DNA of 64,000 bases. Origin: a virus (taxonomy: Duplodnaviria; Caudoviricetes). The stretch is taken from the IMG/VR virus record IMGVR_UViG_2974586258_000001, positions 32,001-96,000 of that record; one strand, given 5' to 3'. Positions 1 through 10,219 of the stretch are shown here, in pieces. A program made the translations under genes and the position numbers. Positions within the stretch are counted from its first letter, which is position 1. The number at the start of each line of letters is the position of its first letter. The notes under the pieces are model-generated. The model was not told the origin of the DNA. It did no database searches and saw only the letters and a list, made by a program, of their open reading frames with translations.

Positions 1-1356
1 GATTTCTACTCAATTGGATATGTAGGTGCGGATTGTGATGTGTTCGGAAAAGATGTAACAAAGAATGCAAAACACGTAATCATTTGTGGTGGAGAATTGG
101 ATGCCCCTAGTGCATATCAAATGTTGGTTACTTACTTTCACAAGAAAGGTTATGCAAACAATATCCATGTTGTATCGACAGCAGTTGGTGAATCTGGTAG
201 CGTAAAACATATTAAAAATAACTATGAGTTTTTTGACCAATATGAAAAAATCTATTTATGTTATGATAGTGATGAAGTAGGTAAAGAAGCACAAGAAAAA
301 GTAGCAGAAGTGTTGCCTCTTGGTAAAGTATATTTGATGGATTTGCCAGAGAAAGACCCTAATGATTGTTTGACGAAAGGCAAAGATAAAGATTTTGTTA
401 ATTCTTATTATGCCGCTAAAAAATTCTTGCCAACTGGCATTAAAGATAGTAGTATTATGTATGAGGCGCTGCTTGAACGTGCAGTGATGAAGAAGATACC
501 CCTGCCACCTTTTATGAAAGGTTTGTCTATGTTGTTTTGTGGTGGTATTCCTCTAAAAACAATTATCAACTTCGGTGCAGGTAGTAGTACAGGTAAAACA
601 ACTATTGTAAACGAACTTATTCATTATTGGTTGTTTAATAGTCCTTATAAAGTTGGTGTTGTTACTTTGGAAGCAGACGTTGCAGAATATGCAGAGTGTC
701 TTTTATCTCGTCATATCCAAAACAAACTGCAATTGATTGATGATCCACAAAAGAAACTTGAGTATCTTCAATCTGATTACGTAAAAGAAAAAGCACACGA
801 ACTCTTTTTTGATGAAAATGGAGAACCACGCCTTGGTGTAATTGATGATCGTGATGGTGATGTTAGAACTATACAGAAGAAACTTGAGTACTTGATTGTT
901 GCTGGTTATCAGATTATTTGCCTTGACCCATTTTCAGATTTGATTGCTGGTTTTAGCCCAGAAGATACTGAACTTTTTATGAAGTGGGAAAAGACTATGG
1001 TGAAGGTTCACGATGTATGCTTTTTGAATATCCAACACATCAGGAAATCAAGTAACACTAAAGACTCTGCATCAATTGGAGGTATGATTACTGAAGAAAG
1101 CTTCCACGGCTCAAGCTCAATCTTTAAATCTGCCCATGCTAACGTACTTTGTACTAGAAACAAGATGGCTGAAGATCCAGTAGAACGTAACACTACAAAG
1201 GTTAGTGTAAGTAAATGTCGTTGGTCAGGATTTACAGGTATGGCAGGGTCATGGTACTATTGTAATCAAACACATACATTACATGACCTTGATGATTATT
1301 TTAGCAAAAAATCAGAACAAGTTGTATTGAGTGACGGTTTTGAAATAGAAATGTAA
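1..1356 (+). CDS. DNA primase-helicase (T7 gp4-like), 5' end outside window
   Basis: TOPRIM motifs IICGGELDA, CYDSDEVG and KDPND; SF4 helicase Walker A GAGSSTGKT, LDP Walker B and HIRK motif. The frame is open back to base 1. Confidence 0.93.
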   Translation, partial: DFYSIGYVGADCDVFGKDVTKNAKHVIICGGELDAPSAYQMLVTYFHKKGYANNIHVVSTAVGESGSVKHIKNNYEFFDQYEKIYLCYDSDEVGKEAQEKVAEVLPLGKVYLMDLPEKDPNDCLTKGKDKDFVNSYYAAKKFLPTGIKDSSIMYEALLERAVMKKIPLPPFMKGLSMLFCGGIPLKTIINFGAGSSTGKTTIVNELIHYWLFNSPYKVGVVTLEADVAEYAECLLSRHIQNKLQLIDDPQKKLEYLQSDYVKEKAHELFFDENGEPRLGVIDDRDGDVRTIQKKLEYLIVAGYQIICLDPFSDLIAGFSPEDTELFMKWEKTMVKVHDVCFLNIQHIRKSSNTKDSASIGGMITEESFHGSSSIFKSAHANVLCTRNKMAEDPVERNTTKVSVSKCRWSGFTGMAGSWYYCNQTHTLHDLDDYFSKKSEQVVLSDGFEIEM

Positions 1357-1367
1357 GGAGATATTTA

Positions 1368-4300
1368 TTGGAAAATGTAAACTATAATAGCCTATTTGCA
1401 AGTGATATTGAGGCAAACGGGCTTCTTGACAGTGTTGATAAAGTTTGGTGTATCGTATCTCAGGATATTAATACTGGAGAGTTTTACGTTTTCCATGATT
1501 ATCCTGAATTTGACAATCAGATTGTAATTGACCCAGAAGATAACAAAGAGTATAAAATCCCAGAAAGAAAAGGTAGTTTGATAGATGGTGCCCGATTTTG
1601 GTATAAAATTGGATTGAATAGTGGTAAGATTATTTGTCATAACGCCCTATCTTATGATAAACCTTTGCTTGAGAAGTTTTACCCAAAATGTATTATACCT
1701 GTTGAAACATGGCACGATACACTGATTCAAAGTAAGATTCAATGGTACGACCGCCCTTGCCCTAAAGGGGCACGAGGGACACATGGTCTTCAAGCCTATG
1801 GTGTTCGTCTTGGTGTAGAAAAGCCAGAGATTAACGATTGGTCTTTCATGGATATTATGAAACTGCACCGTTGTATTGAAGACGTTAAAATTCAAGCTTT
1901 AACTTATAAGTATCTTGAAAAAGAGCGTGTGATGGTGAAAGAAAAACTTGGTATTGATTTTTCTGAAGCATTTGAAAACGAAACAAAATACAGAACTAAT
2001 GCTACAAAACAAGAATCAAATGGTGCAATGGTGGATGTTCCTTTTATGCACAAGTGTGTTGTAGAGTTGGACACCATTATTGAAGAACTTCGTGCAGAGA
2101 TTGAACCACAACTACCAAAACAAGTTAAGCCAAAATCTACAAAAGTCACAAAATCAGATCTTGGTATGTCTTTAGGCTTGAATCTTAAAGATTCTCATAG
2201 TATTAAAGACGGTATCGCAGTGGCAGATAAACCTTATTATAAACCAACAACTAATATCTTTAAGACAGAAATTAGAAAAGGGTATCAGGGTTTTTATAAG
2301 GACAGATACAAGACAGGAACTTTTGTAAAACTAAAAGAATGTCGTGATTTTATAAAAGAGCACTACCCTGAAACAAGCCTTAAAGATTGGTTTATTGAGA
2401 AAAAAGAGGATTCTTTTAAGATTTTAACTAAATCTGTTTGTGATTATTTTGAAATAGAATCTACTTCTGATGTTGTAGTTGGCCCTTTTACAAAAGTAGA
2501 ATTCAATGACACTACCCTAACTCAGGGGGAAGTTGTAAAATCTTTCTTAATTTCTCAAGGATGGAAGAATGCACCCGAATGGACCCTGAAGAAAGATAAA
2601 GAAGGGCAGTTTATCAGAGTACAACAAGATACTGAAGTACGCTGGCCTGAAAAACCATTATTTGGTGATCCTAACAATCAACTTGTTCGTATTGTAAAGA
2701 AAGGACAACCTCTGGTTGTAGCTCCTAAATTGACAGAAGAGTGTTATGAAGAGTTGCCCGAAGGGTTGGGTAAAAAGATCGCAGACTACAATACTTACCA
2801 ACATCGCCGTAGGTTTTTGCTTAATGATAAAGATGATGAGAAAGGTTTATTGAATCTCGTAAGACCTGATGGTAGAATTACATGCGGAATCAATAACTCA
2901 GCTACCAGTACACTCAGATCATCACATAGTAATTGGGTTAACGCGCCGGGGGCTGGAGCATTGTATGGTGAACAAATCCGTAGTTGTATTATAGCCCCAG
3001 AAGATAGAGTCTTGGTTGGTGCTGATATGAAATCTGCTCAATTGTCAATTGCCGCTTATTATGCAAACAACTATGATTATTATCTGGCTGTGGCAGATGG
3101 CAAAGAAATTAAGACAGATGAGTTTGGTAATGAGCTTATTCATCCTGTATCAGGAAAACCTTGGTATCTTGGTGAATCAGGGCACTGTGTTAACGCAAGA
3201 GCATTTACATTAGTTTCAGAGGGGGAGTGGAAACGTGCAGTTGAAACGCAAGATCAAGAATTAATTCACCACATTTCATTGCTTCGTAAGAAGAGTAAAG
3301 GTGGTAGCTTTGCAACTATCTTTGGTGCCAGTGGAAAAAAGGTAGCACAAACTCTTGGTATTCCAGAGGCAGTTGGTGAGGCAAAGAAACAAGCGTTCTT
3401 GAGTAACATTGGTTTGGATGAAGTAATTAATATTCTCCAAATGATGGTTAACAAGAATAGCAGGTGTGATGGTGGTTACATCGAGTTACCTTTTGGGTAT
3501 TATGCTTGGTGTAAAGCTCCGCACAAAATCTTTAACTACTTAGACCAAGGCACTGAAGCTGCTTGTCAAAAATGGGCTGTCAACTACTTTGAGGAAAAAG
3601 CTACAAGATTAGGTCTAGATTATAAAAAAATTCTGGATTACCATAGGTAACATTGTGGCCTTGTATGGTGACATACATTGAATAACTCTTTTAATTGCTG
3701 GAAACCCTAAAGCTTCTTGACAAAACTAATTTATTATTATATAATAATGTGTAATGTCATAAAACAGAGGATAATACAATGGGCAATCAGCAGGTAAGCT
3801 TGGAAAATCTATATAGAATTAAACCCTTAGGTGATACACTTTTCCACGATGGATTGGGTAATATTTTCAGTACAAAAAGAGGAAAGTTGAAGAAACTAAC
3901 TCTAATACCGCATGGTGGAAAAACTAAGAAAACATATTATAGGGTTAAAGCTTTGGGTAGGTTGTGGATGGTACACCACTTGGTTTGTATTGAAAAATAT
4001 AATCGTCTAATGTTTTCCGGAGAATCTGTAAACCATTTAGATGGAGATACTGAAAATAACTCACCTGAAAATTTAGAATTTTCAACTCACGAAAAACAAT
4101 GCATTCACGCAAAGCAAAATAAACTCTATTGCTGTGGAGAGGATTGGCATAAAGCTCGTAAGTTGATATAGGTTTTGTCAAGAAACTTCAGAGACTATCG
4201 AAAGGTTAACAACAACCTTATTTGTTGTGAGAACTGAGTAGAGTAGGTGTGTAAGCTTATGACACATCGAAATGGAGAGGTTCTGTTGTAGGTCAACAGA

Positions 4301-4588
4301 ATGTGATATAGTCCGATCCTGCGGGAAACCGTATGGCTGCACGTAACGGTGCGGGGTTAGTGTTGCGACTAACCTGAACTGTTGGATGAATTTGCAGTTG
4401 AGTCCCATAAAGATTGCGCAGAAGAAGTTGGTAAGGTTATGGTTGAAGCTTATCATGAAGCATCTATAGCTTGCTGGGAATGGCACAAAAAACACTCCAA
4501 GTGGTTTACTGGAGACTCATTACCTAATTTCATGTTTGACTTAGCTGCTGGTTTTAAAGTAGGAAAGTCTTACTGGGATATTCACTAA
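1368..4588 (+). CDS. pol: Family A DNA polymerase, spliced join(1368..3644,4385..4588), about 826 aa
   Basis: Exonuclease motifs SDIEANG, CHNALSYD and CIEDV; motif A GADMKSAQL; motif B KKSKGGSFATIFG. Removing the intron restores motif C as ILDYH|DEFAVE. Confidence 0.95.
3717..3745 (+). promoter_or_regulatory. Perfect sigma70 promoter inside the intron, upstream of the HNH ORF
   Basis: TTGACA-17 bp-TATAAT, followed by an AGAGGA RBS and ATG at 3779. Confidence 0.85.
3779..4171 (+). CDS. Intron-encoded HNH homing endonuclease (I-HmuI-like, short)
   Basis: VHHLVC...VNHLDGDTENNSPENLEF...H HNH_3 signature; lies inside the intron. Confidence 0.9.
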   Translation: MGNQQVSLENLYRIKPLGDTLFHDGLGNIFSTKRGKLKKLTLIPHGGKTKKTYYRVKALGRLWMVHHLVCIEKYNRLMFSGESVNHLDGDTENNSPENLEFSTHEKQCIHAKQNKLYCCGEDWHKARKLI

Positions 4589-4626
4589 ACAACAATTTAA
4601 ATTAACAACAAAGAAGGAGACAATTA

Positions 4627-5157
4627 ATGTCTATTAGTAAAGCAAAAGGTAAACTTGGTGAAATGGAAGTGATTGATGGTGTAACTTTTAACTTCATCAA
4701 TCTGCGAATTCCTGTCAACAAATTTGAATCTGATAAAAAAGAGTACAATGTATCTTGTACCATCAGTGAGGATGATTTCGATGAAATCGAGGAACATAAG
4801 TATAAAGTTTCTACAGAAACTGTCAAAAACGACAAATATGAAAGTCGATTCAAGGTTCCTGTTCCTTATCCTGACCAACGCAAACAATGTGTTGTTCGAT
4901 TTGGTTGTTCTAATCTCCGCAAGGATAAGAAGACTGGTGAAATGGTTGAGGTAGATTATGAACTTGAACTTCGCCCCAAGGTATTTCATGTAGTTGACGG
5001 AAAAGAAGTTGACATTACTGACAAGATGTTGTCTAATGGTTGTAAGGGTTCTGTATTCTACCAGACTCACACAAACAGTTTTGGGACTATGTGCTACCTA
5101 AGGAAGATTGTATTGGATGAAGTTGTAGAGTATGTTAAAGAAGAACTAAGCGTGTAA
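4627..5157 (+). CDS. Putative ssDNA-binding protein (gp2.5-like OB fold)
   Basis: Follows the polymerase; KEYNVSCTI, PKVF and LSNGCKGSV pattern; acidic C-terminus; strong RBS. Confidence 0.55.
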   Translation: MSISKAKGKLGEMEVIDGVTFNFINLRIPVNKFESDKKEYNVSCTISEDDFDEIEEHKYKVSTETVKNDKYESRFKVPVPYPDQRKQCVVRFGCSNLRKDKKTGEMVEVDYELELRPKVFHVVDGKEVDITDKMLSNGCKGSVFYQTHTNSFGTMCYLRKIVLDEVVEYVKEELSV

Positions 5158-5225
5158 TTAAATAAAATTATAATAAAGGCATTCATATTATTTGATGTAA
5201 GCCCTTATTTAAATTGGAGAGTAAT

Positions 5226-5453
5226 ATGAAAGTAAAACAACTAATTGAATTACTGAAAGAAATGCCAGAAGATTACGAAGTGTTCAGTATATGTGACCAT
5301 GGACAACAACCTGAACGATCGCAGGAACCAATGATTGCTTGTACCCCACAAGATTATTATAATAGTTATTCTTTTGAAACTTATATGGAACCTCATGAAG
5401 CAGAAGATGAAGGTTATGATGAAGAAGATCTTGTTTATTTTGTATTGCTATAA
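5226..5453 (+). CDS. Hypothetical phage protein (MKVKQLIELLKEMP type)
   Basis: GGAGAG RBS before the ATG at 5226; common phage N-terminal motif. Confidence 0.65.
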   Translation: MKVKQLIELLKEMPEDYEVFSICDHGQQPERSQEPMIACTPQDYYNSYSFETYMEPHEAEDEGYDEEDLVYFVLL

Positions 5454-5465
5454 ACGGAAGATATA

Positions 5466-6440
5466 ATGGCTGTAAAGAAACCAGAGAATTCAGAAGGTTT
5501 TATAGGCAAAACCTTCAATAATGGAAATTTAGAAATAATAGGAGTTGCAGAAAGAAAACACAATAATATAATGTTTAAGGTAATTTGTAAGATTTGTTCT
5601 CCAGATAAAGAGTTATTTCCTGAAGACTATTTTACTATATCAAAAACACATTTATTAAATGGTAAATTGCCTTGTGGTTGTTCTACTGCTCCTAGGTGGG
5701 ATGAGAGCAAGTGGTTAGTTCGGGCAAGAAGGGCTGTAGAGAACAAAACTTTTATCATTCTTGGTCTTGCTGAAAGTTTTAAAGGATATCTTACAAAGGT
5801 GAGTTGTAAGTGTAAAATAGATGGTCATACTTGGACATTATCGCTTGATAATATAACTCGCGGAATAAGTGGTTGTCCCGTCTGTTCCAAGAAATATAGA
5901 CCAACAGAAGAAGAAGCTTTGGATAAATGTATTGTAATTTGTAAAGAAATGAATTATGATCCGATAGGTTTTCTTGCTGGTTATACAAACGCAAATAAAA
6001 CAATATTTGAATATGTCTGCCCACATCATGGATTACAGAGAGTAAGATATAGTTCATTTATTCATAAAGGAAGTAGGTGCTGGGATTGCGCCAAGGATGT
6101 TGGTAACGGTAGAGGTTACTATCCTAAAAGAGCAGAGGAACAAGATTATTTATATGTGATGAACTTTGATGATAAATATATCAAAGTTGGAAGGAGTTTT
6201 GATGCTTACACAAGAGTTGGTCAGTTACAATGGGAATCAGGATGTTCTAATATAAGAACTGACCATATCTATACTGCAACACATAAAGAAGTTTATAATT
6301 GTGAACAAAAGTTACATTCAATACTACGGGATCATGGTTTGCAGTACAATACAACATGGTCAACGGAAACATTTCATAATCATAGCGGGCACGTTTTAAA
6401 TGAATTACTTCCATTCTGCGGACTAGATAAATTTTATTAA
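5466..6440 (+). CDS. Free-standing putative homing endonuclease, zinc-ribbon repeats plus T5orf172/MUG113 GIY-YIG-like domain (copy 1)
   Basis: CxxC/CxxH repeats; C-terminal LYVMNF..YIKVGRS...R...EQKLH...STETF; paralogous to four other ORFs in the window. Confidence 0.75.
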   Translation: MAVKKPENSEGFIGKTFNNGNLEIIGVAERKHNNIMFKVICKICSPDKELFPEDYFTISKTHLLNGKLPCGCSTAPRWDESKWLVRARRAVENKTFIILGLAESFKGYLTKVSCKCKIDGHTWTLSLDNITRGISGCPVCSKKYRPTEEEALDKCIVICKEMNYDPIGFLAGYTNANKTIFEYVCPHHGLQRVRYSSFIHKGSRCWDCAKDVGNGRGYYPKRAEEQDYLYVMNFDDKYIKVGRSFDAYTRVGQLQWESGCSNIRTDHIYTATHKEVYNCEQKLHSILRDHGLQYNTTWSTETFHNHSGHVLNELLPFCGLDKFY

Positions 6441-6465
6441 TTTAAATTAAAATAAGGAATAATAC

Positions 6466-7185
6466 ATGACTAAATTTTCAGGTACAATTGAAAAACTTTA
6501 TGTAAAATATGTTGATAAAGTTAAAAAATATAGCGTTAGTATTGTGAATTCTAATAACTTCTATGGACTGGGTTTGCACAATGATAAATTTGTAAAAGTT
6601 GGCGATGTTGTTCTGAAAGAAGGTATGCAAGTTGAGTTTGAATACGCAGGGCAATTCAAAAATATTGATATGAATACCTTTAAAATTATTCAACAAGAAG
6701 TGCCGAAAGAAGTTAAGAAAGCAAAAAATGACAAAGACTTAGCAATTCGTCTTGGGAATTCTATTACAATCGCAACACACTTGACTAAAAGCAAACTGGA
6801 TATTGTTGCTATTGCTAAACAAGTCATGCCAATGGTCGATGAACTACGTGATAAACTAGCAACCAAACATACAACCATGGACACATATAGTCTGGGAGCA
6901 CGTCTGGGCCAAGCAGCTATAATTGCTGCTCAATACACAGCAAGCATTGATGATTTTATTGGTTTTGCTGAAGAACTGTTTGAAGAGATTTGTCAAGCTG
7001 AAGAAGATCTAAAGAATCCAAAAAAAGTGAAGAAAGAAGAAACTAATAGTGTCCAAAATAATCTTACACAAAGCCAGCATAATGTTGCAACACCTGTCTA
7101 TAATGAGCCGTCGGTTTATTGGGATAACGATATTCCGTTTGCCCCGATTGGTTTGCAATACCCTCAACTATTGTGGAGCATGTAA
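6466..7185 (+). CDS. Putative OB-fold/SSB-like protein with a host SSB-tail-like motif
   Basis: Beta-rich N-terminus; YNEPSVYWDNDIPF near the C-terminus. Confidence 0.45.
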   Translation: MTKFSGTIEKLYVKYVDKVKKYSVSIVNSNNFYGLGLHNDKFVKVGDVVLKEGMQVEFEYAGQFKNIDMNTFKIIQQEVPKEVKKAKNDKDLAIRLGNSITIATHLTKSKLDIVAIAKQVMPMVDELRDKLATKHTTMDTYSLGARLGQAAIIAAQYTASIDDFIGFAEELFEEICQAEEDLKNPKKVKKEETNSVQNNLTQSQHNVATPVYNEPSVYWDNDIPFAPIGLQYPQLLWSM

Positions 7186-7232
7186 TGAAGTGGTGTGGTG
7201 AGTAGACTTACAATGTTAAGAGAGGGATCACT

Positions 7233-7430
7233 ATGCAAAGGAGAGTTTTCTTTAATGGTAACTATTACTGTGTCCAAACCATGGAAGGGTTATTACGGTT
7301 AAAACATAGATGGTGGCATGATGTGAATGTGAAGCCAAATTTTACCGCAGCGGAATTAGCGTTTACTTACAAGTATCGCTTAAATAAGCGGCAAGATTAC
7401 AATTGGACCGATTATCAGATGAAAATTTGA
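7233..7430 (+). CDS. Hypothetical protein
   Basis: ORF with GAGGG RBS; last gene before the terminator. Confidence 0.5.
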   Translation: MQRRVFFNGNYYCVQTMEGLLRLKHRWWHDVNVKPNFTAAELAFTYKYRLNKRQDYNWTDYQMKI

Positions 7431-7505
7431 CTGTGTAAGAAGTAATCAAGACTGAGTAGGTTGATGAAAAACGGTTCCCAATCTCACGAAAGATATACCT
7501 ATAAA

Positions 7506-7530
7506 TAAACCCCTCATTTGAGGGGTTTTA
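7506..7530. terminator. Bidirectional intrinsic terminator between convergent blocks
   Basis: AAACCCCTC-ATTT-GAGGGGTTTT perfect hairpin. Confidence 0.85.
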
Positions 7531-7642
7531 TCCTATTTGCAGTTATTCCAAGAAAAGTCATTGACAGATTACCTGAAACTCCTATTCTATTCTCTGTATA
7601 AAAATTATTAGAGAATGTATGAGACCAAATATAGTAAAGGTG

Positions 7643-10219
7643 TCAATTTATTTGTCTCCATTTATTAGCCACATATACAAACCTAACAGGTTGGTTCAGT
7701 AACAACGCCACATCTGCGTTAGTTTTGGTCTGTATTGTGGCCCCATTCTTGATGGTGATCGCGTTCACACCACTACCATTGAACAGAGTTAGCTCTCGGC
7801 CATTAACCCCACCGGTAATGCCAACAAGGTTAAAGGCCCCCGCTTGCGGACTTAACATAACTACGGTTAACGTATCAGAGACAAGTGTATAATCTGTTGT
7901 TGTTGGGACTGCTACAAATTTATAACCCAAGTTATGTGTTTGGAAATTGTTTCCAAGGCTTGGGCGGGTATTGTCGTATACAAAAGAGTCAGAGAACTGG
8001 TTCCCACGGGTGATATTATTCACTGAAGTGATCGCGGCTGTTTCAATTGAATTAGTACCAAGAACAGGATCTGTAATAGCTTGAACCCATAAGGTTTTAG
8101 CGCTGTCTTTGAAGCTGTTGCCTACTACTTGAATCCCAACACAATTACCTTCTGTTTTTATTTGATAAAAACTTCCAGATGGTGCATCAAGAAATATATT
8201 ATCCTTGATAATAGCAGTACGTACATATGTACCAATAAGAATAGCCTCTCTTTCGTGACTATCGAACTGATTTCCTTGAATAATAATTCCAGAATCTATT
8301 GATTTATCTGTTGGGGTGGCGTTGTCTATTTCAATATGGTTTCTACAATATGCCATACGATTATTTAGTACAGTCACTCTATTGTATTCAAAACCAGCTC
8401 CCCGAGGAGATGAGTTATTAATAAATACATTTCTTGCAAACCCTGATATGTAGTTGTCTCTAATTGTTGCACCTACTGTATATCCTTCGTTGAGGGCCAT
8501 ACCATATGTATCACCACCAGTATATGGGCTAGTAGGATAGGCCCTATTTCCGAATAAACGGTTATTTGCTATTACATCTTCTCTAGACCTTGCAGCTATG
8601 CCCCGCCAACAGTTAATTCCTGTATTTCCAGTAAATACTGACCCATAACTTCCCCCATGAGATGTAGCCATATTAAATTTAGCATTAATTACTGTACATG
8701 TTTTCATAAAACACATAAGACTCGGCATTTCAAAATATGTTATATCAAATGTTTGGGAAGGATTATCAAAATGACATGATATCGCACCACAACCTTGTGA
8801 GCTGATAGTTTTTATGGCATTAAAGGAAAAGTAATTTGGATTTCCGGGGTTTATAGATCCGAATGTAATTTGGGTACTAGCATCAAGAAACACTCTACAA
8901 GACTCTGCTGTGCAATTATGACTATAAACGAATTGTATTGATGCACCAGGTAGCTTCTTGTTATTAAATTTACACCCAGAGACACTAAATTCCCTTCCAT
9001 AATAAATCTCGACTGCTGACCCAGTACCATTCCGTATAAACTTGATACCAGAAATTGAACCAGTGACTCCGTTTATTTTTTTAATGGTGGATATAGTTCT
9101 TACACCTGAATCAGGTTTAGGAGTTAATGGGTACTGGTTGAACACCAAGGGAGATACTGGTGTAATTACTGTGGGTGTTTTTGAATATACCTCAAAAAAT
9201 TCACCGAACCAGCTAGGGGAACCAGATGCTGTAGCAGTACCCAACTGCATAGTTCCAGCATCAGGGGATAAGCACATTGTAGAGCTATGTATAATACCTA
9301 AATCTCCAGCTGCAAATGGAGTTGTATCTCCTATTGTAATAGTTGTTGAAGAGAATGTAGAAATCGGGGATGTTAGTGGGACTTCTGAACCAACTGTACC
9401 TGATAACTTAAAACCAAAGTTTTTGAATGTTACTGTCCCCGTCCCTAAAATTTCGACAGGGGTGGTATACTGTTTATCTACCCCTGTTATGAACAGATAT
9501 TTTCTATTCATGACTAATGGAATTGAATTTGCCACAGCATAATCTAATGCTAGTGCAACATAAGGTGCATCATCATCTATTCCATTGCAAGGTGCATTGA
9601 ACATCTCTGGAGTAACATAAGTAATTGCTGTGTTTAGTAGTAATCTATTGCTCTGGTCTTCCCATGCAGTGGGGCCAAGTCCTCCTGAACTTGCCGGGGT
9701 AGATCCAGCAGGGATTGTTTTTGGTACTGCCCCCTTCCATGCATACCCTTTACCTTCCAATTCAAATAACAGAGCTTGTTTTGAATCAACAATGGTGGCT
9801 CCCTGTTCAAAACTCCCTGCTACAATCGAATACCCAACCTCTGCATAACTTCTCCTCAAAGACTCCCTTATTTGTGGTGTAAGTTTAACAATAGCATCTA
9901 AAGAATAAACTCTCCAATTAACATCCCCTACCGGAGTAACTCCCATGTTAATTGGGTTTGTAGTTGTTGCATTAGGTGCATACCACATTGATCCATCTGT
10001 AAACTTGCGCAGTTGGTTGAAAACAAGTTCCTGCTGTCCTGCTTGCCAATCTAATGGATCTTTAAAATAAAAATTATCAAGAAGTGCTTTACGGACACTT
10101 GGTACTTTACTACCATCTTCTACAATTACTTCTTCTGTTGCAGTACCATTGACAATTTGATGAATTTGTTCACCAGCGGTAATTGTCTTTTCGACTGCGG
10201 CTTGATATGTTAATGCCAT
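7643..10219 (-). CDS. Tailspike / depolymerase 1 (beta-helix)
   Basis: N-terminal anchor; RRSYAEVGYSIVAGSFEQGAT TD-type domain; YVTPEMFNAPCNGIDDDA pectate_lyase_3-type start; Asn/Gly-rich beta-helix. Confidence 0.85.
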   Translation of the reverse strand: MALTYQAAVEKTITAGEQIHQIVNGTATEEVIVEDGSKVPSVRKALLDNFYFKDPLDWQAGQQELVFNQLRKFTDGSMWYAPNATTTNPINMGVTPVGDVNWRVYSLDAIVKLTPQIRESLRRSYAEVGYSIVAGSFEQGATIVDSKQALLFELEGKGYAWKGAVPKTIPAGSTPASSGGLGPTAWEDQSNRLLLNTAITYVTPEMFNAPCNGIDDDAPYVALALDYAVANSIPLVMNRKYLFITGVDKQYTTPVEILGTGTVTFKNFGFKLSGTVGSEVPLTSPISTFSSTTITIGDTTPFAAGDLGIIHSSTMCLSPDAGTMQLGTATASGSPSWFGEFFEVYSKTPTVITPVSPLVFNQYPLTPKPDSGVRTISTIKKINGVTGSISGIKFIRNGTGSAVEIYYGREFSVSGCKFNNKKLPGASIQFVYSHNCTAESCRVFLDASTQITFGSINPGNPNYFSFNAIKTISSQGCGAISCHFDNPSQTFDITYFEMPSLMCFMKTCTVINAKFNMATSHGGSYGSVFTGNTGINCWRGIAARSREDVIANNRLFGNRAYPTSPYTGGDTYGMALNEGYTVGATIRDNYISGFARNVFINNSSPRGAGFEYNRVTVLNNRMAYCRNHIEIDNATPTDKSIDSGIIIQGNQFDSHEREAILIGTYVRTAIIKDNIFLDAPSGSFYQIKTEGNCVGIQVVGNSFKDSAKTLWVQAITDPVLGTNSIETAAITSVNNITRGNQFSDSFVYDNTRPSLGNNFQTHNLGYKFVAVPTTTDYTLVSDTLTVVMLSPQAGAFNLVGITGGVNGRELTLFNGSGVNAITIKNGATIQTKTNADVALLLNQPVRFVYVANKWRQIN

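Larger units (their letters stand above)
3645..4384 (+). mobile_element. Group I intron (IA2-like, 740 nt) in the DNA polymerase gene
   Basis: 5' exon ends in U (CCAU) and pairs with IGS GUGG at 3655-3658. Core elements: P AATTGCTGGAAA 3693, Q AATCAGCAGG 3785, R TCAGAGACTA 4188, S GATATAGTCC 4305. Terminal G at 4384. Splicing restores the frame. Confidence 0.94.

Noticed and set aside
3645-3650. Apparent premature stop in the polymerase and apparent split terL
   Set aside because: These are not pseudogenes. Both are explained by group I introns whose removal restores the catalytic motifs.
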